A DNA stretch of 23,725 nucleotides, from NCBI GenBank assembly GCA_026386955.1, contig JAPLMQ010000190.1, positions 1-23,725 on the forward strand, in the 5' to 3' direction. This document shows positions 16,816 to 23,725 of this stretch, one piece after another. The stretch's first letter is position 1, and each line of letters begins with the position of its first letter. Below the pieces are notes generated by a model. The model was not told where the DNA came from, did not search any database, and was given only the letters and a program-made list of their open reading frames with translations. Position numbers and translations under genes: made by a program. This DNA is from Planctomycetota bacterium. Lineage in GTDB: Bacteria; Planctomycetota; Phycisphaerae; Phycisphaerales; Phycisphaeraceae.

Positions 16816-18222
16816 TCACGCCTTGCCTTCGTAGCGCAGGAAGACGCCGCAGGCGCGGCCGCCGTTGGTGTCGAGGGCGATGGCGACGCGGTTGTGCCCG
16901 TGTTGGAACTCCACGGGGATCGAGGTCTGGTCGACCTTCGCGGGGTTGGTGCCCGGGCCGGCGAAGACCTCGCGGCCGTTGAGCCAGATCCGCACCGGGC
17001 CGTCATAGCCCACATGCATCGCCCCGCGCCCCGTCGGGCCGAGCTCGAGGTCGGTCACGAAGTAGAGCACGCCTGGCTTGTTGGCGATCCACTTGGTCGC
17101 GTCGACGAAGCCGGTCTCGCCGCGTTGCTCCTTGGGGCGGGCCTGCATCGCCTGCCAGCGCAGCGGCGAATTCCCCGGGTCGGGCGGCTGGGCGGCGCTG
17201 AGCCCGCCGACTAGGGGCGTGACCTCCGAGACTTGCCAGTCGCGCACGAAGGGGCGTTCGTAGAGCGCGTCGACGAGGTAGATCGCCGGGTGCGACCATT
17301 GGTCGACCTTCGGGTCGTCGGGCGCGGTGTGGTTGGAGTAGTACGAGAGGGCGAAGCGCGAGGAGTTGAGTGGGTGGCGGGCGACGCCCATGTAGCTGAA
17401 GTCGAAGCCCGGGCCGGCGGGGAGGACCATCTGCAAAACAGGCTTCCCCCCGGAATTGCCAGCCTCGAGGCGAAAGACGCCCATCTGCGCGACGCTGGGC
17501 TTCAAGAACCATCGCCCGGCGAACCAGATCTCGTCGCCGACCAGCCACATCGCGAGGCCGACGATGGGGACTTCGATCTCCTGCGTGGTCCACTCGCGGT
17601 AGGGGGGCTTGCTGGTCATGAGGAGGGGCCACATCTGGCCGCCCTCGCGGCGGACGAGGAGGAGGGCCTCGCCGTTGTCGCGGAAGACGAGATTGGTCTC
17701 GCTGGGGATTTCGCTGCCTTGGCGGAGGATGGCGATTTTTCTCCAGGCGATGCCGTCGTCGCTCTCGAACCAGGCGATGGCGTCGATGCCCAAGCCGTTG
17801 GTGGAGCTGGCCCAGGTGTAGCCGACGGCGTAGTGCTTGCCGTCGCGGCATTCGGGGTGCCAGAGCCACCAGCCGTCGGCGCCGGTGTAGCGTGTGTAGG
17901 GGGACCAGGTCAGGCCGTCCTCGGTCCAGGCGGTGCCGGTGATGCAGGTGGGGACGGTCTCGAAGCAGACGCAGTGGAGGTGCTTCTCGCCGACCTTGTA
18001 GAGGTGTGCGTCGCGCGTGTCGACCTGGCCGCGGAGGAGCGCGACGTGCTCGAAGCTGACGCCTTCGTCGCGGCTGCGCAGGACGATGACCTTGCCGTTG
18101 GGCGAGACGTGGGCGTCGCCCTGGCGGAAGCCGACGAAGAGGGCGCCGGCGAACCAGGCGGCGCCGGTGCACATGTTGTGGTTGGAGTCGGCGTAGATCC
18201 GGCGGATCGAGCGGACGATCAT
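16816..18222 (-). CDS. BNR/sialidase-like beta-propeller protein (glycoside-hydrolase or lectin-like), 468 aa.
   Basis: Trp/Tyr/Gly-rich repeats (e.g. WTEDGLTWSP, SDDGIAWRK) resemble the Asp-box/BNR pattern of exo-alpha-sialidase-like folds. ATG start with AAGGA 9 nt upstream. The alternative listed ORF 17003..18244 is an off-frame Arg-rich artefact. Confidence 0.5.
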   Translation of the reverse strand: MIVRSIRRIYADSNHNMCTGAAWFAGALFVGFRQGDAHVSPNGKVIVLRSRDEGVSFEHVALLRGQVDTRDAHLYKVGEKHLHCVCFETVPTCITGTAWTEDGLTWSPYTRYTGADGWWLWHPECRDGKHYAVGYTWASSTNGLGIDAIAWFESDDGIAWRKIAILRQGSEIPSETNLVFRDNGEALLLVRREGGQMWPLLMTSKPPYREWTTQEIEVPIVGLAMWLVGDEIWFAGRWFLKPSVAQMGVFRLEAGNSGGKPVLQMVLPAGPGFDFSYMGVARHPLNSSRFALSYYSNHTAPDDPKVDQWSHPAIYLVDALYERPFVRDWQVSEVTPLVGGLSAAQPPDPGNSPLRWQAMQARPKEQRGETGFVDATKWIANKPGVLYFVTDLELGPTGRGAMHVGYDGPVRIWLNGREVFAGPGTNPAKVDQTSIPVEFQHGHNRVAIALDTNGGRACGVFLRYEGKA

Positions 18223-18282
18223 CGGGAGTCCTTGGGCGCGTCAAGGGCGTGGTGCGCGCGACGGGATTGTACCGGACACACA

Positions 18283-18309
18283 GTCGCCGGCTGATCAGGC
18301 GAAGCTCGG
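18283..18309 (-). terminator. Hairpin GCTGATC-(12 nt)-GATCAGC immediately 3' of the ThuA-like ORF.
   Basis: A 7-bp perfect inverted repeat read from sequence, followed on the minus strand by a direct repeat AGCTCGGAT x2. Confidence 0.3.
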
Positions 18310-18323
18310 ATCAGCTCGGATGG

Positions 18324-19106
18324 TCAAAGCCCCCACGCCGCCCGCTGTTCGAGTCGCGGGCCTGCGAGCCAGTGCATGATGTTCGACATCATGTCGCCGC
18401 GCATCGAGGGGTGGTGGCCGACTTCGTTCCAGTTCAGGAGGCCGACCATGGCGACCCGCCCCTTGCCGAATTGGCCGGCGGTGACGACGGGCATGCGTCC
18501 GGGGCGGAGCGGGGTGTTGAGCGGGAGGATGGGCATGACCAGGTCGTCCTTGGCGACGAGGACCTGTGCCTTGGCGGGGTCGGGCCAGAAGACCATGCCG
18601 CAGCCGCTGACGGGCATGGCGTCGCCGGGCGCGAGGCCGGGGATGATCGGGTGGGCGCGGAGGACGGAGGCGCCCATCGGCCGGCCGCAGACGCCGGGGG
18701 TGTGGTACTCGGAGATCGCGTCGGTGAGCAGGAGGCGACAGACGCGCGGGTCGCGCCGGCCGGGGGACTGCGCGCCGACGACGCCCTTGTGGAACAGGCC
18801 CACGCCGGAGGCGACGGCCTGGGCGACGGCGTCGAGCACGGAGTTGGGGAGGCAGGCGATGGTGCCGCAGTAGATCACGTCGAGCGTCTGCAGGGCGCGG
18901 GCGTCGGTGGCGTCGATCATGCCGGCGAGGAGGTTGTGCTTTCGGACGGCGGCCTCGACGGGGCCGAGCTCGCCGCTGCCGGGCTCGACGACGCTCAGGA
19001 GGCGGAAGGCGGGGTCGAGCATCAGGGGCGTGCCGATGAGCTGGTGCTCGGCGGGGAGGTAGAGGCCCTGGAAATTGGGCGTGGTGAGCGTGAGGTAGCT
19101 GATCAT
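18324..19106 (-). CDS. ThuA-like / class-I glutamine-amidotransferase-like domain protein. The start is uncertain because the frame is open all the way up into the sigma-factor region-4 coding sequence.
   Basis: The C-terminal GQFGKGRVAMVGLLNWNEVGHHP resembles the ThuA motif (...GKGRVFY..LGH). Start placed at the first ATG (MISYLTL...). No stop codon separates it from the upstream sigma region 4. Confidence 0.4.
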   Translation of the reverse strand: MISYLTLTTPNFQGLYLPAEHQLIGTPLMLDPAFRLLSVVEPGSGELGPVEAAVRKHNLLAGMIDATDARALQTLDVIYCGTIACLPNSVLDAVAQAVASGVGLFHKGVVGAQSPGRRDPRVCRLLLTDAISEYHTPGVCGRPMGASVLRAHPIIPGLAPGDAMPVSGCGMVFWPDPAKAQVLVAKDDLVMPILPLNTPLRPGRMPVVTAGQFGKGRVAMVGLLNWNEVGHHPSMRGDMMSNIMHWLAGPRLEQRAAWGL

Positions 19107-19306
19107 CACGCCGATGCGGATGGGGCGGCGGCCCGCGTGGAGGAGGTGGCCGTTACTGCCACGGGCGGCCTGCTGTTCCCAGAGGATGCCCGATTCGGCG
19201 GCTGCTTCGGCTGCGACTGCGGCGCCCAGGCCCGGACGGCCGAGCCCGCCGGGGCGGTCGAGGTCGCGCGCGGCGGCGGCGGCGTCCTCGGGACGCTCGA
19301 AGCCCA

Positions 19307-19830
19307 GGTCGGCGAGCCGGTCGCGCAGGCGGGCGAGGGCTTGGCGCACGCGCCGGCAGGCGGTGGGCGTGGAGACGCCCATGTCGGCGGCGATCTCCTG
19401 CAGGGGCGTCTGGCTGAGGAACCGCGCGGCGATCAGGTTGCGCGTCGGCGCGTCGAGCCCCGCCAGGGCCTCGGCGAGGCAGGCGTCGATCGCCTCCCAC
19501 GGCACGCCCGGCCCGCGCCGCGGAGGACTGCGTCGCCCAGGCCCGGCTGTGCTTGCGCTGCGCGAGCGTCCGTCGGGCGGAGTCGATCGCGGCGTGGGTC
19601 GCGGTGGATTTCAGCCAGGAGGTCAGCCCCGTGTCGATCGCGGGGGCCTCGCGGGCGAGCTTGACGAAGGTCTCCTGCACCACGTCGTCGAGGCTGCCGG
19701 GGTCGACCATGTGGCGCCGGCAGGCGGCGGTGACCATCGCTCGGTAGCGCGAGACCAGCTCGGCGAAAGCGCCGGCGTCGTCTTGCCGGTGGAACCGTTC
19801 GAGGAGCGTGAACTCGTGGGATAGCGTCAA
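19307..19830 (-). pseudogene. ECF (sigma-70 family) sigma factor whose region 2 and region 4 are in different reading frames. It is either a frameshifted pseudogene or a sequencing error.
   Basis: Region 2 (FAELVSRYRAMVTAACRRHMVDPGSLDDVVQETFVKL...TSWLKSTATHAAIDSARR) is in the frame that starts at the 19830 TTG. Region 4 (LAGLDAPTRNLIAARFLSQTPLQEIAADMGVSTPTACRRVRQALARLRDRL) is in the -1/+1 frame. The shift lies near 19510-19545. No stop follows region 4. Confidence 0.5.
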
Positions 19831-20078
19831 GGCATGCCTCGCGGGGACTCACGCGTCGGGGGCGAAACGAACCGGCGCCGGCCGGGGGTTTGGCCATTAT
19901 CGCGGCGCGCAACGCGCGTACCAATACCCCTGGCCGGAGAACCGTCCCCGGAATGGACGCTTGAGGAGCGGAAGGTTTTCAGGAATTCCGCGCCGGGGGG
20001 CGAAATTTTCGTCGATGGTCGCCGCGGCGATCGTCGAGGGCACGTCGGCTTTGTCGCGACCCTTGAAGGAATCCGGAC

Positions 20079-20242
20079 GTGCCACACCGCAGCCGCAGGC
20101 TGCTGTGTGCCGGTCAACCGGAGGCGCGGGGACTGCGCGACGTTGATGTCCACGCGCGTCGATGGGGGAGGAAAGAGGTCTCCCGCGAATCCTGGGCTTT
20201 TTGTTGACTCGCACATAGCAGCCTTCGGCTGCGATGTGGCAC
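20079..20242. repeat. 164-bp element, copy 1. It has an about 85-bp core flanked by about 40-bp terminal inverted repeats, each of which is a 12-bp-stem hairpin (GTGCCACAYCGCAGCC-GNA-GGCTGCTRTGTGCSRGTCAAC). It resembles a REP/BIME or MITE.
   Basis: The left end (20079-20118) and the reverse complement of the right end (20203-20242) align over about 40 bp. The whole element is about 85% identical to the copy at 21880-22043. It lies immediately 3' of the His-rich gene at 20267-20827. Confidence 0.65.
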
Positions 20243-20266
20243 GCCTCTTGTGATGTTTCGCGCGGC

Positions 20267-20827
20267 TCAGGCGACGGTGTCGACCGCGGAGCCGGGCGGG
20301 ATGGTCTCGGCGAGGCTGGCGTCGCTGCCGCCCTTGACCTGCTTGAGGGCGGCGAGGAAGTCGGCGCGGAACTGCGAGTCGTCGACGCCGAAGGACTTGA
20401 GCAGCGACTGGAAAGCCTCGCGCGAGGATGAGGCGTTCGCGCCTTGGGCGGAGGGATCGCCCGCCCCCGGAGGCGGCGTGGAGCCGTCTGCGGGGGGCTG
20501 GCCGCCGGGGCCGTCCTTGAGGACCTTGGCGATGGCGTCCTGGATCACCTTGTTAGGGTCGGCCGAGGGATCGTTGGAGGAGTCCTGCAGCGCGCTGGTG
20601 ACGGCCGCCTCGATCTTCTTGAAGAGCCCGCCGCCGTGGTGGCCGTGATGCCCGTGGGCGCGGCCGGCGCCTTGGGCCTCACTGGACGCATCACTGTCGC
20701 CGTCGCTGTCCGCGCCTTGGACGCCGCCGGTCTGCGGAGTCTGCGGGGCGGAGGCCTGCTGGCCCGCGACCTGTCGGAGGAACTGGTAGAGGCCCGAATC
20801 GCCGCTGGTTGAACTGATGCTGGACAT
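20267..20827 (-). CDS. Histidine-rich low-complexity protein, paralog 1, 186 aa. It has no signal peptide and ends in ...AVDTVA.
   Basis: ATG with AAGGAG 8 nt upstream. Contains HGHHGHHGGGLFKKIEAAVTSAL, DPNKVIQDAI and FQSLLKSFGVDDSQFRADFLAALKQV modules, all shared with 22149-23204. The listed 671-aa ORF on this span is a read-through artefact. Confidence 0.6.
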   Translation of the reverse strand: MSSISSTSGDSGLYQFLRQVAGQQASAPQTPQTGGVQGADSDGDSDASSEAQGAGRAHGHHGHHGGGLFKKIEAAVTSALQDSSNDPSADPNKVIQDAIAKVLKDGPGGQPPADGSTPPPGAGDPSAQGANASSSREAFQSLLKSFGVDDSQFRADFLAALKQVKGGSDASLAETIPPGSAVDTVA

Positions 20828-20983
20828 GGGTGCAACTCCTTGGGGAGAAAAGAGGACATCTCTGTCCCCGGAGCACCGAGTCCACTGAACCACCGTGGAA
20901 GGGGAGATCGGCGATTTATTCCCACGGACTTGGGTAATTCGTTTTGGACTCGAACAGGCGCGAAATTTATCGGACGCGGTGGT
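20828..20983. promoter_or_regulatory. AT-richer divergent intergenic region between His-rich paralog 1 on the minus strand and the + strand gene at 20984. It probably carries both promoters.
   Basis: Local GC drops here (ATAAAT and AAATTTAT stretches). The 5' leader next to the minus-strand ATG is homologous to the leader of paralog 2. Confidence 0.3.
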
Positions 20984-21835
20984 ATGGTTTCCCGCGCGTT
21001 CCGGCATTTCGGCCGCACTTCCCGGATCAATCCCATGTACGCCAAATCGACCACACCCGGGCAACGCGTCTTCACCTGTGCCCACAGCTTCCATGAATTC
21101 GTGCCGGGGATCCTCGACGAGATCGCTGCGGCTGCGGGCATCGCGGGGCACGCGACCGTCGGGCTCTCCTCGATCGGCGGGTCGCGCGTCGTCCAGCATT
21201 GGGACGTGCCCGACGATCAAAACGAGGCGAAGCGGTTGCTGCGCGCGGGCGGCGTCGATGTGCTGACCCTCTCGCCGATCTGGCTGCCCGACGCGGGTAT
21301 GGAGAAGTTCGCCGCCCTCGCGGCGGAGCACAACCCCAACGTGCGCGTGACGCTCCAGGAATATTGGCTGCCCAACGACGAGTACGAGCCGGCCTACCCG
21401 CTGAACACCGGCAAGCAGGTCGACCACGACGCCGCGACGGGGGCGGGGCTGCGGCGGCATCACGAGGCCTATTTCCGCGACTTCGACGGTGTCGCCCGCG
21501 GCATCAACAAGGCGATCGGGCGCGAGGTGGTCTTCATCGCGCCGGTGGGGCAGGCCGTGATCCCGCTGCGCGAGATGATCATCCGCGGCGAGGCGCCGGG
21601 GCTGAAGACGCAGGCGGAGCTGTTCACCGATTCGTGGGGGCACGTGACGCAGCCGATCCAGGTCCTCGCGGCCTACTGCCACTTCGCGGTGATCTACCGC
21701 CGCAGCCCGACGGGGTTGCCGGCGCCGTCGATGCTGGCGAACGCGGGCCGGCCGGGGTGGGACCGGCTCAACCGCGTGCTGCAGGACCTGGCGTGGGAGG
21801 CGGCGAAGGGGCACGCGCTGAGCGGGGTGGGGTGA
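20984..21835 (+). CDS. Hypothetical protein of about 280 aa with a possible alpha/beta or TIM-barrel-like strand pattern. It is transcribed divergently from His-rich paralog 1 and lies between the two paralogs.
   Basis: The ORF has consistent GC3-rich coding composition. There is an alternative start at 21035 (MYAKST...). I recognise no family. Confidence 0.45.
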   Translation: MVSRAFRHFGRTSRINPMYAKSTTPGQRVFTCAHSFHEFVPGILDEIAAAAGIAGHATVGLSSIGGSRVVQHWDVPDDQNEAKRLLRAGGVDVLTLSPIWLPDAGMEKFAALAAEHNPNVRVTLQEYWLPNDEYEPAYPLNTGKQVDHDAATGAGLRRHHEAYFRDFDGVARGINKAIGREVVFIAPVGQAVIPLREMIIRGEAPGLKTQAELFTDSWGHVTQPIQVLAAYCHFAVIYRRSPTGLPAPSMLANAGRPGWDRLNRVLQDLAWEAAKGHALSGVG

Positions 21836-21879
21836 GCGAGGGCGCAAGCTCTGTTGCGATCCGCGAAAGATCTTGGATC

Positions 21880-22043
21880 GTGCCACACCGCAGCCGGAGG
21901 CTGCTGTGTGCCGGTCAACTGGGAACGCGGAGATTGCGCGACGTCGAGTTCCACGCGCGCCGACGCGTGAGAGGAAATGTCTCTGGCGAATCCTGAGTCT
22001 CTTGTTGACTCGCACATAGCAGCCTTCGGCTGCGATGTGGCAC
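21880..22043. repeat. 164-bp inverted-repeat element, copy 2, of the same family as 20079-20242. It lies 3' of His-rich paralog 2.
   Basis: The terminal hairpins are identical in position and nearly identical in sequence to copy 1. Its 3' flank differs by an extra ~95-bp insert at about 22055-22125. Confidence 0.65.
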
Positions 22044-22148
22044 GGGTCATGTGATGCCTCGCGTGGATTTGGCTTCGCCTGATGAGAAAGCGAACCTCCG
22101 TCGCTGGCGCGTCCGGCTAACAAATCAAATGCGGCGACGCCGCGCGGC

Positions 22149-23204
22149 TCAGGCGACGGTGTCGACCGACGCGGTGGTCGGGACGGGCTGCGGGGTGGGC
22201 GTGGGGGTTGCGGTCGGCGCAGGTGTGGAACTTGCGGCGGGCGTCGCGGAACTGTTGCCGAAGACTTCGCGGAGGGCGGCAAGGAAGTCGGCGCGGAACT
22301 GCTGGGCGTCGACGCCGACGGATTTCAGCAGGCGCTGGAACTCGTGCGGGCGGGAGTGCGACGAGGCGTGCGACGATTCGTCGGAATGGTGGTGATGCCC
22401 GTGATGGCGATGGCGCCGGCGGCCGACAGGGGCGGCGTCGTCATCATCATCGGTGGCGGCGGGGGCGTCGGTGGGGATCGACGGGGTGGTCGTCGTCGTG
22501 GGCGTGGTGGTCTGCGTAGGCGTCGGGGGCTGCGCGGACGACTCGGTCGGGGTCGTGTTGGTGGTGGTCGTCGTAGTCGGGGTGGTCGTCGTCGCGTCGC
22601 CCGTGGTGGCGGGCGTCGTGCCGGCGGGAGTCGTCGCCGTGGGGGTCGTGCCGCCGGTGGCCGCGGGCGTGCTTGAGGTGTTCGTGGGGGTCGGCGTCGT
22701 GGTGGCGGCGGGGGTCGTGGAAGTCGGAGTCGTGGTCGTGGGAGTCGTCGGCGTGGTAGGCGTCGTCGGCGCGGGGAGGTTGAAGCGCTGGCGCAGCACG
22801 GCGACGATCGCGTCCTGGATCACCTTGTTGGGGTCGGAGATGGGATTGGCGTTGGAGTCGGAGGAGGCGTCGTTGCCGGGGTTTTGTTTCGCGGCCTTGA
22901 GGGCCTCCGTCACGGCCGACGCGATCTGCTTGAAGAGCCCGCCGAAGCCGTCGCCGCCGTCATGGTGATGGTGGTGGCCGTGGGCGCGATGGCTGCCGAA
23001 GTGGTGGCCGCGTTCGAAGCGGTCGCCGTCGGGGGAGGTGGTCGTCGGGGTGTTCGTGTTGGTGTTGGTGTTGGTGTTGGTGTTGGTCGGGGTCGTGCCG
23101 TCGGTCGGCGTGGGCGACTGCTGCGTGCCCTGCTGCTGAACGGTCACGCGGGTGTAGGAGAAGCTGAAGCTCTGATAGGTGTACGAGGTGTTGACGGTGG
23201 ACAT
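22149..23204 (-). CDS. Histidine-rich low-complexity protein, paralog 2, 351 aa. It has an added Thr/Pro-rich mucin-like segment and a (TN)6 repeat, and ends in ...ASVDTVA.
   Basis: ATG with AAGGAAG about 9 nt upstream. Contains HGHHHHHDGGDGFGGLFKQIASAVTEAL, DPNKVIQDAI, RRRHRHHGHHHH and FQRLLKSVGVDAQQFRADFLAALREV, which are homologous to paralog 1. The Thr/Pro linker is about 100 aa. Confidence 0.6.
   Translation of the reverse strand: MSTVNTSYTYQSFSFSYTRVTVQQQGTQQSPTPTDGTTPTNTNTNTNTNTNTPTTTSPDGDRFERGHHFGSHRAHGHHHHHDGGDGFGGLFKQIASAVTEALKAAKQNPGNDASSDSNANPISDPNKVIQDAIVAVLRQRFNLPAPTTPTTPTTPTTTTPTSTTPAATTTPTPTNTSSTPAATGGTTPTATTPAGTTPATTGDATTTTPTTTTTTNTTPTESSAQPPTPTQTTTPTTTTTPSIPTDAPAATDDDDDAAPVGRRRHRHHGHHHHSDESSHASSHSRPHEFQRLLKSVGVDAQQFRADFLAALREVFGNSSATPAASSTPAPTATPTPTPQPVPTTASVDTVA
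23051..23086. repeat. Hexanucleotide microsatellite TGTTCG(TGTTGG)5 inside paralog 2. It encodes TNTNTNTNTNTNT on the minus strand.
   Basis: Tandem units were counted by hand. Unit-number changes would preserve the reading frame. Confidence 0.7.
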
Positions 23205-23475
23205 TGCAACAGCTTCCTTTGGAGGGACTTAAGTTCTCCTGCAAAGGGTGCCATCGGACGATTGCCCCGCGGTCTCGCCAGAATCCGGAGGTCTCTCCGC
23301 AAGGTTTTTTTATAGGGCGGGGGAAAGGGCGATGGAGGGGCTGGGAGGAGGGGTGGGGGTTCGAATCGATGGACTTGGCTTTGGTGATGCGGCGGTTCGT
23401 GCGGACTCAAATGGATTCCCACGCGGCGGCGACAGTTCCATCTGAATCAGAGCCGGCGACTGTGTCGCCGAAGAT

Positions 23476-23635
23476 CGGGCGAGGCGGTACTCCGCCCGCG
23501 CGACGTGCCGGCGTCGATGACGCCACCAAGAGGGGGGAGACGTTCGGCAACAAGCCTTTTGGCGCAGGCCTCGCGTGAAGCCAAGCAGTTCATGGCGGCC
23601 GGCGATTCGCGCGGGCGGGGTACCGCCTCGCCCGG
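23476..23635. repeat. Pair of 25-bp quasi-palindromic motifs (CGGGCGAGGCGGTACYCCGCCCGCG at 23476-23500, and its inverse at 23609-23635) separated by 108 bp. Each is centred on GGTACC.
   Basis: The two arms match 24/25 as reverse complements and each arm is also self-complementary. They lie 270-430 bp upstream of paralog 2 or upstream of an unseen + gene. They could be operator sites or REP-like elements. Confidence 0.5.
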
Positions 23636-23725
23636 TCTTCGGACACACAGTGTCCGTCTCGGATCAGGCTGCGCCTGATGGGAGAAAGCGAACGTTTCAA
23701 CAAAGCACTTGGCCCCGGACCACGG

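Noticed and set aside
22072-22096. CUGAUGA...GAAA resembling hammerhead-ribozyme core motifs.
   Set aside because: The flanking sequence cannot form the required stems I, II and III around a GUC/GUH cleavage site. It is better explained as a simple 5-bp-stem hairpin repeat.
20267-22282. 671-aa minus-strand ORF apparently fusing His-rich paralog 1 with upstream sequence.
   Set aside because: Only the C-terminal 186 aa (from MSSISSTSG..., with an AAGGAG RBS) look like protein. The upstream portion reads through the 164-bp repeat element and the antisense of the 20984-21835 gene as Arg/Pro-rich nonsense.
1-23725. Looked for CRISPR arrays, tRNA or rRNA genes, integrase or transposase genes, and toxin–antitoxin or restriction-modification pairs.
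   Set aside because: I found no periodic direct repeats with unique spacers, no tRNA-like cloverleaf candidates and no recombinase-like ORFs. The only dispersed repeats are the short hairpin families described above.

Overview
This is a high-GC window (about 70% by eye) of ordinary chromosomal content. It has no rRNA, tRNA or CRISPR array, and no intact transposase. Supported content follows.

- **Transport:** an exbB-exbD-type proton-channel pair on the minus strand, followed by a partial secreted-protein ORF.
- **Ser/Thr phospho-signalling:** a sensor PP2C phosphatase with a HAMP domain, a membrane-anchored Ser/Thr kinase of about 1300 aa with a long TPR-like C-terminal region, and a PP2C–kinase fusion gene that has lost its catalytic core and is frameshifted.
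- **Ordinary genes:** a flotillin/SPFH protein, a BNR/sialidase-like beta-propeller protein, an alpha/beta hydrolase, a sugar-phosphate isomerase/epimerase plus a PhyH-family dioxygenase pair, and DUF805-like and DUF1569-like small genes.
- **Frameshifted sigma factor:** an ECF sigma factor whose region 2 and region 4 lie in different frames, running without a stop into a ThuA/GATase1-like ORF.

The most unusual part is the right-hand 4 kb. It holds two paralogous minus-strand genes for histidine-rich, low-complexity proteins with no signal peptide. One carries a Thr/Pro-rich insert and a (TGTTGG)n coding microsatellite. Each is followed 3' by a copy of a 164-bp element bounded by roughly 40-bp inverted hairpin repeats (REP/BIME-like or MITE-like). 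A solo copy of the same hairpin sits at the boundary of a roughly 600-bp low-GC island that appears to have replaced the 3' end of the sensor phosphatase gene and carries one small NTF2-like ORF. The gene content (ExbBD, many Ser/Thr kinases and PP2C phosphatases, a TPR-kinase) points to a Planctomycetota-like or similar high-GC Gram-negative lineage, but that is inference only.
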